64,000 nucleotides of DNA. Source: a bacterium SCSIO 12741 (lineage in GTDB: Bacteria; Bacteroidota; Bacteroidia; Flavobacteriales_G; Salibacteraceae). Positions within the stretch are counted from its first letter, which is position 1, and every line of letters begins with the position of its first letter. A program made the translations under genes and the position numbers. The notes beneath the pieces were generated by a model. The model saw nothing but the letters and a program-made list of their open reading frames with translations. It did not search any database and was not told where the DNA came from. The DNA lies in the NCBI GenBank assembly GCA_024398055.1, contig CP073749.1:1238594-1302593 (forward strand), read 5' to 3'. This document shows positions 52,701 through 62,882 of the stretch, in pieces.

Positions 52701-53257
52701 TGATGCATGACCAACCATAAATCACGACCATTGTAATGCCGGGTAACATCCATACCCATGGAATAATTGTGACCCAAGAACTGATTTTTTTGAGTGACTG
52801 CACCTAATCCATTGTTCAAGCTCATGTCCACTTCTGTAAAGAGCAAACTATCTGAAATTCGACTTCCAAACGGAGCTCTCGGATCAATGGAATCGTGATG
52901 AATGACCAAGTATTTATCATTGTTTCCAGGCAACTTGAGAATGATCTCATGATGACTTCCAAAACGTTGATTCAGGCTATCCCCATTGGGCATCAATTGG
53001 AAATTTCGATCATGAATAAACCCATCATTCACGGCAAATAAAAACTGCCCATCAGCACCAGAAACACATCCATTGCTGTAGCTACTAAAGTGCGTCACAT
53101 GGGTATCCAACGTGGGTACTTGCCTACCTTTATGAAACTCAATATGAATGGAATCCGAGCAAACCCAATGATTGGTTTCAAGCTGTGCATGAATCTCTAC
53201 CACCATCAAAAAGAGGGTGAACGAAACAAGGAATCTTATCGGGTAGGCCTGAAGCAT
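49763..53257 (-). CDS. large secreted protein (1164 aa): N-terminal beta-propeller-like region, seven ~45-aa Cys repeats, PKD-like segment, T9SS C-terminal sorting domain
   Basis: Seven copies of W..G.t.s.i.v...G.Y.V.V.N.CG...DS..V (e.g. FWSDSSATDSLLVDSGGWYWVEVYNRCGEWQDSIFI). C-terminal ...GTYLIGLYCENESVHKRVVVTR sorting domain. Confidence 0.75.
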   Translation of the reverse strand: MLQAYPIRFLVSFTLFLMVVEIHAQLETNHWVCSDSIHIEFHKGRQVPTLDTHVTHFSSYSNGCVSGADGQFLFAVNDGFIHDRNFQLMPNGDSLNQRFGSHHEIILKLPGNNDKYLVIHHDSIDPRAPFGSRISDSLLFTEVDMSLNNGLGAVTQKNQFLGHNYSMGMDVTRHYNGRDLWLVMHHTLKAPLPSMFHSYSDTLVAFLVDSSGLSSRPVYSVLDTILSARIWDELRISPNGDIIAMTNSHIHHTNPGVSPVNRLVLCRFDSKTGKASSTISIPSASNGLSSNPMHLCFSKSGNKLYVNDYPMYRNAFMQPVASLAQFDLTSWNQQAIRSSRYNLVHQPAAPYPSGVPINNTLHDVQLGLDGKIYWSHFYDQIGVIHEPDSTGPKCDYQDSLFLLPPGSHSTFGKFPVFPASVYDFEPFQVRYTCWGDTTVFCLKDTAQVDSVLWNFGDPLSGQNSAASYCAKHAFSRVGEFTVIARIKWSTGSIDTLVQSVFIDSILNPKLPADTMLCLGDTIDLRFTDNAPARFFWSDSSATDSLLVDSGGWYWVEVYNRCGEWQDSIFISENRYPESTLPMDTGSCGDSLLLIANGSLGSTFLWSGGSMDSTQWIDSTGSYYLTVSNPCGSHTDSVMVHIDDSLQIDLGSDTVLCSSDTLWLNVPGSDVRWWDGDSLSPKPVAQTGIYWVDVKNYCGVFRDSLIVPSLYQPAWPDLGRDTLTCSHSPLTLMAGMGEKGAQYWWKNQLITDSIVTVLQSGLFHVSISGRCGEFQDSVWVQYLQTPQLDLRDTMLCEGDTLLVSVAVDSAQYLWSSGSTMSTHRVTPVRSYGLRVSNRCGADSAGFKVDTFPTLSVHFPVDTVICDQAPFQLDAANHSATYLWQDGSTSSNFSVLKRGRYFVTVSNPCKSSIHSIQVDFQVPPSPSILQKPEGKFCPGEPLRLIGVGNDSTTDMEWSTGDNSAEIQIDQPGEYTYTLTNRCGVRSAVLSPDYYPVKADFELNSKEGSQPFHLSTTNLSDSATHYAWVLDGKHRSREVNYSEVLSRPGTYEVKLVATGFYGCRDSLIDSVQVHWKPGALPLLCDFRIDPNPTKGRFTVSAMNNDKQVKGLKVFNTLGEQVYEVDVSHLKENPFLFEYEFPQLSSGTYLIGLYCENESVHKRVVVTR

Positions 53258-53475
53258 GGTTTGGGGTTACGTCTATTCAAAGGTAATCAGGAAGGCTTCC
53301 TACACAAATCGAGTTGACAAACTGATTCCCATTACTTTAGGAATGGACTCCTGTTCCACTCATCCGTTGGGTTGCCCCCTTTCCCGATCGGAATAATATA
53401 CAAGGCAACTATTCCGAATCATTTTTGAGAATACATTTGGGAGGAATTAAAACCGCGCTAAAGCCTAAATGCTCC

Positions 53476-53988
53476 ATGGATTTCAAACTCACCCCGGCTC
53501 AAATCACCGATCAATCTCAAGCCCTTAGCTTCCTTCAATCAGCCGCAAAGAGTCTGGCCAAAAAGGGAGTGGATCAATGGCAATATTGGCTGAATCCACC
53601 TAAGGATGAATTAGCATGGTTGGAAGATGGATTACGAAATGGAGACTATTATTTCATTCAACTGAACTCCGATGAAATCGCTGGAATGGTACGCATTCAA
53701 ACCGAAGATCACTTGTATTGGGGAGAAAAAGCTGATCAAGCCTGGTACATCCATTCTTTAATTGTGGAAGAAAAATGGGCAGGGCTACAACTGGGAACGA
53801 ACGTTCTTGAAAAAATTGAACTGGATGCGATCGAAAGCAATCAAGATTTTTTGAGATTAGACTGCTTGGCTAGCAACGAAAAACTCTGCTCTTACTACCA
53901 GAATCAAGGGTTTGAAAAAGTGGGTCAGGTGGACCTTCCGCTCTCTACTTGCAACCTATACGAGAAAAAAATAGGGGCCTCGAACTAA
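53476..53988 (+). CDS. GNAT-family N-acetyltransferase
   Basis: Acetyl-CoA binding region YIHSLIVEEKWAGLQLGTNVLEKIE and the overall GNAT fold pattern. Confidence 0.6.
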   Translation: MDFKLTPAQITDQSQALSFLQSAAKSLAKKGVDQWQYWLNPPKDELAWLEDGLRNGDYYFIQLNSDEIAGMVRIQTEDHLYWGEKADQAWYIHSLIVEEKWAGLQLGTNVLEKIELDAIESNQDFLRLDCLASNEKLCSYYQNQGFEKVGQVDLPLSTCNLYEKKIGASN

Positions 53989-54025
53989 TCGAGAACCCCT
54001 ATCCATTGTTCGATTATTTAGGAAT

Positions 54026-55009
54026 TTACTCTACCGTTACACGGCTTACCGTTCCGTTATCTAAAACGTAAACCACATTTCTTGCAGCATAAATCTTTTC
54101 ACCGAGTTGAGGACCTGTGCTTACCCAGGTTTGGGTTGCGTTTTCCAGAATTTCAACCTCCATCGTTTCCGAGTTAATACCTAGTAGTCTTCTGCTTTCC
54201 GTACCAGCAATCATCGACATGGTTTTGCTACCGGCATTACCCCAATGATCGCCCCAATCGGGAGCGGTACCTGTGTAATACTGTACCATTCCACCAGAGA
54301 ACAACCCCCATGTTGCCTCGGCCGTACCAGCAAGCATTTCCAAGCCACCACCCATGGTTCCATCGGTAGCGCCATCCATCACATGTCCCTGGCCGTCAGT
54401 GCCAACCATAAAGGTCATGTCAGTTTCCAGAATAAACTTCGTGTTTGGCCACATCGGCTCCCAACGGTTATCCGGGTCTGGAAGCCACATGAATGATTCA
54501 TTGTCGGTAGAAATGTAATAATCGTTAGCGAATCCATATACCGCCTTTGCCGGTCCGGCGCCTCTGGGCTCCCATTGTTGAGGGCTTCCCTTATAGTACC
54601 ATAGACTCTGGTCGGTACCAATGGCGTAGAGATTATCTCCCGCTGCATAAATGGCATTGGCAGGGTTACCTACAACCTCCCAAACGTTATCGCCATCTAC
54701 CCAGGCTTCTACTCGATTTCCTTCAGCACGATTCAGTCGATACACGGTAGCAGAAGTGGCTGCAATCATTCCGGCATCAGCATCATCTCCCAAGGGCTCC
54801 CAGGGCAAGTCAACGCCCGCATCGGGAGCTGCAGATTGAACCATACCATCCTGTGATTCAGGCGTCATAGGGGTCGTTGATTCCATTTCGCCAGGAGCAA
54901 CATCCGAACCTTCAGTACCGGAGGATCCGCAACTGGTAACCGTCCATCCCATGGCTACTACGGCCACGGCCAGCACCCATTTTTTAATAGTCAAGTGATT
55001 TGTTTTCAT
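54026..55009 (-). CDS. hypothetical lipoprotein
   Basis: Lipobox ...WTVTSCGSS; Trp/Gly-rich repeats; no family recognised. Confidence 0.5.
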   Translation of the reverse strand: MKTNHLTIKKWVLAVAVVAMGWTVTSCGSSGTEGSDVAPGEMESTTPMTPESQDGMVQSAAPDAGVDLPWEPLGDDADAGMIAATSATVYRLNRAEGNRVEAWVDGDNVWEVVGNPANAIYAAGDNLYAIGTDQSLWYYKGSPQQWEPRGAGPAKAVYGFANDYYISTDNESFMWLPDPDNRWEPMWPNTKFILETDMTFMVGTDGQGHVMDGATDGTMGGGLEMLAGTAEATWGLFSGGMVQYYTGTAPDWGDHWGNAGSKTMSMIAGTESRRLLGINSETMEVEILENATQTWVSTGPQLGEKIYAARNVVYVLDNGTVSRVTVE

Positions 55010-55424
55010 AAACGTAAATTGAATAATTAAGATGTGTATTGAATTTGCGAGTCAAGAAGTTATAAGGGGGTTGAAGTTTAATTTGTAGGTCGGGTAATAA
55101 TAGAGTGAAACTCAAGGATTGACTCTTTGAGTCCACAGCCTGTATCCCAGTTAGAATCAAGGATACGAGCAATAGCCAAGGTAAATCGTTCAAAAGTTTA
55201 AGTTTCGGGTTCCCACTCAAATATATACAAATACCTAAATATCAATACATTCGAATTTATCCCAATCCTTTTGTACTTAAAAAGGTAAAGGAATCGCCCG
55301 TATAGAGGGTCTTTGAGTAAAAAATTGTTGAAGAGGGGGTAGCGGTTAGAAAGGGCTGGTATTGTAAGTTGGTTGGTGTTGTAGAAAAAAGAATCGGGGC
55401 AACCGAAGCCGCCCCGAATTCCAT

Positions 55425-56222
55425 TTATTTTTTCATAATAATCTCAAAGTCAGTAGATACTTTATCGTTCATAATATCCATCATACTGTACTCCAAAACC
55501 ACTTTTTTGCCTTCTTGAGAAATCACGTTAGTCCCTTTAACGGATTCCACTTCTTTGGGCAAATTGATCACCGTACGGAAGGTGCCTTCTCCAAACATTT
55601 CTTCCATCATTTTCTCTTCTTTGGCCTTTTCTTCAGGGGTCTTTTCTTCCTCATCTCCTTTTGACTTACTCTTCTTTGAAGTCCGAGAAATGAGGCGTTT
55701 CTTGAAGGTATAGGCACTGGTTTTTCCACTTAGGTTTAGTCCTTGAGTCTTTCTTGCCTCAGGGTTGTTCTTCTCCATCAACTCAAAAAAGGCTTCCAAC
55801 TCAGAAATATTGCTGAATCGGTAGTCCATACCCGACATCAATACGCCTTCTTCCTTCCCACCGCGTAGGAAACCGTTAGCATTTTCGATCACCGCCATTT
55901 TTTTCTTGTCGTTTAGGATGCTGTCTGGCAAGATCTCCTTGTAGTCAATAATGGAATCGATCTTTTCGGGAAACTTAGCCCAGATCATTTCCTCTACTTT
56001 GGCCATAATCTCCTCGTCTGACTTAGCTGGTTTGGTAGTATCAAGAGCGGAAAAAGCCTTGATCATTTGAAACGACATTTGTTTCATCATCGGAATCATG
56101 TCGTATTCTACGTGGTATGTACCGGATCCATCTTCTTTAATGGTAATCTCCTCGGTCACGTTTCCACAGGAAAAAAGACTCAGAGTTAAGGCCAACCCGA
56201 GTATCATTTTAAGTGCTTTCAT
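55425..56222 (-). CDS. hypothetical lipoprotein
   Basis: Lipobox ...LSLFSCGN; charged K/E-rich middle segment. Confidence 0.5.
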   Translation of the reverse strand: MKALKMILGLALTLSLFSCGNVTEEITIKEDGSGTYHVEYDMIPMMKQMSFQMIKAFSALDTTKPAKSDEEIMAKVEEMIWAKFPEKIDSIIDYKEILPDSILNDKKKMAVIENANGFLRGGKEEGVLMSGMDYRFSNISELEAFFELMEKNNPEARKTQGLNLSGKTSAYTFKKRLISRTSKKSKSKGDEEEKTPEEKAKEEKMMEEMFGEGTFRTVINLPKEVESVKGTNVISQEGKKVVLEYSMMDIMNDKVSTDFEIIMKK

Positions 56223-56301
56223 GGTTTTTTAATTTGCTGGCGAAATTAGGTAATCTCAGTCACTGGAAGGCCATAAATGGATTTAATAGGAACCCTTTGA
56301 A

Positions 56302-56688
56302 ATGTTCTATCTTTCGACATTCCATACCACGCCAACAATGAGCACCGAAAAAACCGGAATCCGAATTTTATACGTTGCAATCGCACTGTCCCTTCTTTTT
56401 GAAATTTTGATTGACACTCTTTTCTATTTAAAAATAGGCCCAGAGCGACTTCCCTGGCATTTAACCAGATCGGCCTTCCAACTTATTTTAATCGCATTTA
56501 TACTTTTAAAGAAGTCTAATCGAGCTCTATTTATTCTTTCCGGCTATCACCTCCTTTCAGCCCTTTGGGCCCTTGAAAAGGGATTTGATCAGAACCCTTT
56601 TTTGATAGGCATGATCATTTTCCAGATGATGTTATCACTGGTACTCTATTTCCACCAGGACATAGCCAAGTTCCTAAAATCAAAATAA
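56302..56688 (+). CDS. small integral membrane protein, hypothetical
   Basis: 128 aa with 3-4 hydrophobic helices. Confidence 0.4.
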   Translation: MFYLSTFHTTPTMSTEKTGIRILYVAIALSLLFEILIDTLFYLKIGPERLPWHLTRSAFQLILIAFILLKKSNRALFILSGYHLLSALWALEKGFDQNPFLIGMIIFQMMLSLVLYFHQDIAKFLKSK

Positions 56689-56839
56689 CCTCGGTGGGAT
56701 CAAAATCTATGTTCTTCCTCAAAAATTGACGAAGTGAATCCTCGAGTATCATTCGCAAGCTCCTAATGGTTACTTTCGTTTTCCGATGCGCGCATCACAT
56801 TTTAGGAGAGAAAAACTATTTAATCAAATTCCAATATTC

Positions 56840-59286
56840 ATGAACTTTAAGAACTACTTCTCCATCAAACAGGTGGGAAGGAAAACTTTGGCTCTGTTTC
56901 TGGCAGCATCTATTTTGGGTTGTCAACAACCGGTTAAAAACGAGCCTACGAAGGATGATGAGTCCTCGTTCAAAGGAAAAATCGCACTCGACATTCGCGA
57001 TTCTAAATCAGATTGGTCTGCCTTTACCCCAAAAGGGCCCCAGAGGGAGCACCTAACATTTTGTTCGTTTTGTATGATGATACAGGACTGGGAGCCTGGT
57101 CACCTTACGGAGGCCGGATTAACATGCCTACACTTGATCGTTTGGCTGCCAATGGTTTGACCTATACCCAATGGCATACTACCGCTCTGTGTTCGCCTAC
57201 CCGCTCCACAATCCTTACCGGACGTAACCACCACCTGAACGGAATGGCTGCCATTACCGAAACTGCTGATGGTTATCCTGGAGCTAATGGTCGCGTTCCA
57301 GACGACTGTGCCCCATTTGCCGAGATTTTGAGAAACAACGGCTGGAGTACTTTCTGGATTGGAAAAAACCACAACGTACCTGAGCAAGACGTAGCACCAG
57401 GTGGAAGCCGTGCTGAATGGCCTACCCAAATCGGATTTGATCGTTTCTACGGATTCCTGGGTGGAGAAACCAATAACTGGTACCCTGACTTGGTGGAAGA
57501 CAATCACTTCATCGAAGCCCCTGCCACTCCGGAAGAAGGTTACCACCTTTCCAAAGACTTGACAGACAAGGCCCTGGAAATGATTCGCAACCAGCAGGCT
57601 ACAAACCCATCTAAGCCTTGGTACATGTGGTTTAACCCAGGAGCAAACCATGCTCCACACCACTCACCAAAAGAGTATGCTGATAAATACAAAGGCAAAT
57701 TTGACGATGGGTACGATGCTTACCGTTCTTGGGTAACCGATAACATGAAGAAAAAAGGCATCATTCCTGAATCTACTGAATTGACTGGCTTCAATCCACT
57801 CCCTGAAAATGCTGCTAACCCAGCTGACTACGTTAGACCTTGGGATGAGTTGAATGATGACGAGAAAAAGCTTTTCTCTCGTATGGCTGAAGTTTACGCC
57901 GGATTTTCAGAGTATACCGATGTTCAGATTGGACGTATCGTAGACTACTTGGAAGAGTCTGGACAGCTGGACAACACTATTATCCTCTACGCTGCCGATA
58001 ACGGAGCTTCAGGAGAAGGTAGCCCGAACGGATCTGTAAACGAAAACAAATTCTTCAACGGATACCCAGATGAATTGGCTGAAAACTTGAAGTACCTGGA
58101 AACCCTTGGTGGACCAGAAACCTACAACCACTTCCCTACCGGATGGGCAGCTGCATTCTCTGCACCTTTCAAAATGTTTAAGCGTTATTCCAACTATGCT
58201 GGTGGAACCAATGACCCATTGGTAATCTCGTGGCCAAAAGGAATTAAGGCAAGAGGTGAATTGCGTCACCAATACCACCACTCGGTGGATATCGTACCTA
58301 CTCTTCTTGAGATTTGCGGTGTAGAAATGCCAGGTGAGTACAACGGAGTTAAGCAAACACCTCTTTCTGGTGTAAGTATGGCCTATTCATTTGATGCCAC
58401 TCCTGATGCTCCTACCCAAAAGGAAATCCAGTACTTCTGTATGTTGGGTACCCGTGGAATTTGGAAAGATGGCTGGAAAGCTGCAGCTGTTCACTCTCCA
58501 TTGAGCGGTAAAGGAAACTTCGATCAGGATCAATGGGAATTGTATCACGTAGCAGAAGACCGTTCCGAGTCTAAAGACCTGGCTAAAGAAAACCCTGAAA
58601 AACTTCAGGAACTGATCGACGCTTGGTTTGCTGAAGCCGAAAAGAACAAAGTGTTGCCATTGGATGACCGCAGTGCTGCAGAGATCCTTACCGTTGAGCG
58701 TCCTTCTCAGGAACCTGCAAGAGATCGCTACATTTACTACCCTTACACGGCACCCGTTCCTGAAGGTGTTGCTGTAAACGTTCGTGGAAGAAACTACAAG
58801 ATTCTGGCGAATGTCGAAATCACGGACAAAAATGCTTCCGGAGTATTGTTTGCTCACGGATCTCGTTTTGGTGGACACAGTTTGTTTATTAGAGATCAAA
58901 AGTTACACTATGTGTACAATTTCTTGGGCATTAAGCCAGAGCAAACCTTTATTTCCAGCAAAACCCTTGCTCCTGGAAAATATACTTTGGGAATGGAGTT
59001 CATTCGTGAAAAAGCGGGTGAATACGGTGAGTCTTTTGGAACCATGAAACTGTACATCGATGACGAAGTGGTAGCTGAAGGCCCTATGAAAACGCAGCCG
59101 GCCAAGTTTACCCTTTCCGGTGATGGACTTTGTATCGGATACGATAGCGGTGATGCTGTAAGTGAGCTTTACGAGTCACCAGGAAGGTTCAAAGGTGGAA
59201 TCATTCAATTTGTGGGAGTAACCGTAGAAGGAACTCCATACATGGATCTTGAATTGGAAGCCAAGCGGGTGATGATGACCCAATAG
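56840..59286 (+). CDS. arylsulfatase (sulfatase family, large form), reading frame broken by a 1-bp deletion in the homopolymer runs at 57027-57041
   Basis: Signal peptide/lipobox, then ...PNILFVLYDDTGLGAWSPYGG and the CSPTRSTILTGRNHH (C-x-P-x-R) sulfatase signature. ORFs 56786-57160 and 57013-59286 join as DWSAFTPK|RAPEGAPNI. Confidence 0.8.
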
Positions 59287-59747
59287 GAAATCCTTCCATA
59301 CCTCATACAAAAACGGTGCGGCCCTTGGGCTCGCACCGTTTTTTTTGGGTGGTTGTGCAGAATACTCCTGCTATACTATTGATGATTGTTCGGTACAAAG
59401 AGTCAGCTCCCGGTTATCCCAGATAAAATTTGCTGACTAACAAAATGAAAAGCCATGAGCATCAAAAACTTTTGATACCCATGAACTCCTTTTGGTTGTT
59501 GGGACACCCGTAGTGAAGAGAGCTGAACCCTCTAAGCGTCGTAAAAAGGAGGGATGAGTATGGTGTTGCATCGGCTAAAAGTTCATCAGCCCCCTCTGTT
59601 TCATTTAAGGTTTCATGTTTGTCGTCCGGCCTTTCAGCAGAACAAGAACAAAGTAATACCATGATTACCTGCTAGAAAAAGGAATTCCAGCCAAGGGAGT
59701 CATTTTGCCAGCGAATGGAGTGAAAAAAGAAGCGAACGGAAAAAAGC

Positions 59748-60476
59748 CTATAAATTCTGGCACCAATTCATTATCTGCTGTCTGTAGGTTTTACCTATTG
59801 GGATCAAGGCATTGGTATGCTTGAGACGCAATCCAGATGGGGAAAAGGAAGTAATAAACTTCTTGTTAACCAGGTAAGAACGATGCACTTGCCAGATGGA
59901 TTCAGGATCCATTTTTTGGTGTAGTCCAATCAAAGTTCCTAATTCCACTTTTCGATTGAGACGCGATTCGTTGTTGTCCCAGTAATGCACCTCACATCCA
60001 CCTTGATCGGAATGAACGTAAACAATATCCGAAATAGGAATGAGGAGGGTGAAATCCTGCTTGTCTTTTACCTGAAGCATATTTCCTCCGTCCAACTTAG
60101 CCGGTTTTGCCGCAGCGGGCAAAGCCGAGAACAGAGCATTGCGAAGAGTTATAAGAGACACCGGTTTTTCCAGGTAGTGCGCTGGCCGACCTTCCATCAC
60201 CGTTTTAAACGTATTCGCATCCTGTAAATCCGATAAGACGATAAAAGGTATTCCCTTTTGATGAAGCAAAGGAGCCAGGTCCAATCCACTTTCTACGCCA
60301 TTAAGATCAATATCCAGCAACATAGCATCCGGCTGCTGATCTTCGACCAATTTCCGAGCCTTAGTCAGGTTATTCGCTACTCCGCAGCAATCAAAATTGA
60401 GGGTTTCGAGGTAATCTTTTAGCAGTTCCGCAACCAGCGTTTGATCCTCGACAATTCCAATGTTCTTCTTTAACAT
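59748..60476 (-). CDS. LytTR-family response regulator
   Basis: REC (IGIVEDQT...MLLDIDLNGVESG) and LytTR (IVYVHSDQGGCEVHY...QVHRSYLVN). Confidence 0.8.
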   Translation of the reverse strand: MLKKNIGIVEDQTLVAELLKDYLETLNFDCCGVANNLTKARKLVEDQQPDAMLLDIDLNGVESGLDLAPLLHQKGIPFIVLSDLQDANTFKTVMEGRPAHYLEKPVSLITLRNALFSALPAAAKPAKLDGGNMLQVKDKQDFTLLIPISDIVYVHSDQGGCEVHYWDNNESRLNRKVELGTLIGLHQKMDPESIWQVHRSYLVNKKFITSFSPSGLRLKHTNALIPIGKTYRQQIMNWCQNL

Positions 60477-60496
60477 ATAGTTTAGTAACCCAATAA

Positions 60497-62461
60497 GTGG
60501 TTATTTTGGCCCCTTACCAGATGAAATCTCTCGTTTCAATATTAGCAATATTCTTTTGGATGGGGGCATGGGCTTATCAAACGCCAGCTCCGGTTGAGCC
60601 AAAGCCAATAACTCCCGAGTTCAAACAGGCTGTGGATTCGTTGATGAAGAGAGGCTTGGGGTTTCTTAAGAGGGCCAAATATGACAGCGCCGCACTATCT
60701 TATTCTGATGGTGTCAAACTCTACACAAATAACCCCAATGATTCCAATTTGGCAATTTTTCATAACAATTGGGGCGTTGCAGAATATTACAGGGGGAATT
60801 TACCTGGATGCATCGAACACTACGAAATTGCTAAAGAGCTCTATAATGGCTTTGGATTTCAGGATAAAGCCGCCCAAACCAAGTATAATTTAGCCTTAGT
60901 TTATAGCAAAATGGGCATGTATTATAAGGCCTATGATCTCGTAATATCGAGTCAGGAACATTTCAACAAAATAAACAGTTCTGCAGATATTGCAAGAGGA
61001 TATAATTCCCTAGGGAACATCCAAATGAATTTGGAAGATTACGACCGTTCAATTCAATTTCATAAAAAAGCTCTAAAGGTCAGAGTGAATATGAATAATG
61101 AATTTGGCATCGCTTCCTCATTAAACAACATTGGACATGCTTATCTTTTAAAAAATGAATTAGATTCTGCTGAAACAAATCTGCGTCAAGCACTGAGGCT
61201 CAAAAAAAGAATAAAAAATCCAAGCTTTATTGCTTCAACTCAATGGCTTCTTGGAATGCTCTATTTCAAGAACGAAAACTTAGATAGCTCGAAATTTTAT
61301 TATGAAAAAGCCTTGGAAAACAGGCAAGTTGTTGGTGATGAAATAATGATTGCTTCAACAATGGCCCATTTAGCCAATGTTCTAATCTCTGAAAACCAAC
61401 TATCCATCGCAGATTCACTTCTTGAATCATCATGGGTTTTGGCCAAAGAAAATGACGCAAATAAAGTTTTACTTGATATTGCTGAAATTAGAATAAGCTG
61501 GAGCGAGAAAAAGGCAGATGCAAAATTGATTTCGAATTGGTACACAACATACAATTCAATACATAGAAAAATTGTAGGAATAGAAAAACGGGAAGCGGTT
61601 GAGAGGCTGCAGGTTGAATTCGATGTCAAAAGAAACTTAGAAGCTTTGGCTTTTGAAGAACAACGAAGTCAACTTTTAGAGGAAAAGAATGACCGACTTT
61701 TTCGCACCAATACCCTTTTGACCTTGGGCATTATTACTCTCTTTTTGTTAACAGCAGCATTGATTTATTTACTCAAAATCAACCGTGACAAAAACCGAAT
61801 ACTGCAAATTCAGGGTGTAAAATTGGAGCATCAAGCTGAACAAATTTCTTTGCTTCATAAAGAATATAAACACCGAACCAAAAATCACTTCGCTATCATT
61901 AGCGCCATGTTTTTGATTCATAAACGCTCATCCCCTTCATCGAATCCCAAAGAATTGCTTAACGAATACCGTGGACGAGTCGACGCCTTGGCTATGATAA
62001 ACCGTCACTTGGTTCGGGAAGAAAGTCAAAAAGAGGAAGTAGATTTAGCCCCTTACCTAAACGAACTAATCCAAAATACCGAACTTGGCTATAGTGGAGA
62101 CCGCGATATTGAAGTAGAAACGGATCTGGAAAAAGCTCTGGTTAAACCTGATATGGCTATGAAGTTAGGGATTGTGGTCAATGAATTGATGACCAATTTC
62201 TTTAAGTATGGCATCTCTCCGGACAAAACACCTATTCTAAGAATTACCACCAGCTTGTTTAACGGATCTCTCGAAATAGTGGTAGCTGACAACGGTCCTG
62301 GTTACCAATCCTCAACGGGCAAAAAAGACCCGGATTCCGGCTTTGGACAAAACCTGATCAAAACCTTTATCGAAGAACTGGATGGATCTTTGGAAGTATT
62401 CGAGAATGAAGGGCTTACCTTCCTGGTCAAAATTCCACAAAAAAAGGCGGCCCCTTACTAG
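60497..62461 (+). CDS. sensor histidine kinase with TPR repeats, one TM, HisKA_2-type H-box and HATPase
   Basis: Signal peptide, TPR-like repeats, TM segment LLTLGIITLFLLTAALIYLL, H-box EYKHRTKNHF, ATPase G-boxes ADNGPGY...GFGQNLI. Confidence 0.75.
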   Translation: MVILAPYQMKSLVSILAIFFWMGAWAYQTPAPVEPKPITPEFKQAVDSLMKRGLGFLKRAKYDSAALSYSDGVKLYTNNPNDSNLAIFHNNWGVAEYYRGNLPGCIEHYEIAKELYNGFGFQDKAAQTKYNLALVYSKMGMYYKAYDLVISSQEHFNKINSSADIARGYNSLGNIQMNLEDYDRSIQFHKKALKVRVNMNNEFGIASSLNNIGHAYLLKNELDSAETNLRQALRLKKRIKNPSFIASTQWLLGMLYFKNENLDSSKFYYEKALENRQVVGDEIMIASTMAHLANVLISENQLSIADSLLESSWVLAKENDANKVLLDIAEIRISWSEKKADAKLISNWYTTYNSIHRKIVGIEKREAVERLQVEFDVKRNLEALAFEEQRSQLLEEKNDRLFRTNTLLTLGIITLFLLTAALIYLLKINRDKNRILQIQGVKLEHQAEQISLLHKEYKHRTKNHFAIISAMFLIHKRSSPSSNPKELLNEYRGRVDALAMINRHLVREESQKEEVDLAPYLNELIQNTELGYSGDRDIEVETDLEKALVKPDMAMKLGIVVNELMTNFFKYGISPDKTPILRITTSLFNGSLEIVVADNGPGYQSSTGKKDPDSGFGQNLIKTFIEELDGSLEVFENEGLTFLVKIPQKKAAPY

Positions 62462-62492
62462 GAACCGCCTTTGCGTGATATATCGAGATTTA

Positions 62493-62882
62493 CTATATCT
62501 CTATGGTCATATGGGTATTTCCAGTCAAAGAGAAAGTCCCTGTATTGACTGAGTTTTGAACACCCGGAGTAACTACGATGTAGTAATCTCCTTGAGCCGC
62601 TTGGAATTGGAAGATCCCGTTGGCATCAGAAATGTCGGTTGCTACGGGAGTGCCATTTCCTTCAACAAACAATTCGACAGTTGCTGCGCTCACAGAACCT
62701 CCGTTGGCATCAACGATGTTTCCTTGGACTACCGGGTCGCCATCTTCACCACCAGATTTCAAAGTTCGCATCACTACCTCTGCAGTGCCTTTATCGTTGT
62801 TCATTTGTGGGAGTGGTTCTTTTTCGCATCCCATAAATCCAAATAGAGAAATTGTAACAATTAATAGAATTAACCTTTTCAT
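62493..62882 (-). CDS. hypothetical lipoprotein (carboxypeptidase-regulatory-like beta-sandwich?)
   Basis: Lipobox ...LFGFMGCEKE; the motif GNIVDANGGSVSAATVELF...GDYYIVVTPG resembles CarbopepD_reg-like folds. Confidence 0.45.
   Translation of the reverse strand: MKRLILLIVTISLFGFMGCEKEPLPQMNNDKGTAEVVMRTLKSGGEDGDPVVQGNIVDANGGSVSAATVELFVEGNGTPVATDISDANGIFQFQAAQGDYYIVVTPGVQNSVNTGTFSLTGNTHMTIEI

Noticed and set aside
411-57041. Treating the four split genes as genuine pseudogenes (decay of an accessory region)
   Set aside because: All four breaks are single-base deletions in homopolymers, and essential aspS is among them. A shared sequencing-error mechanism is far more likely.
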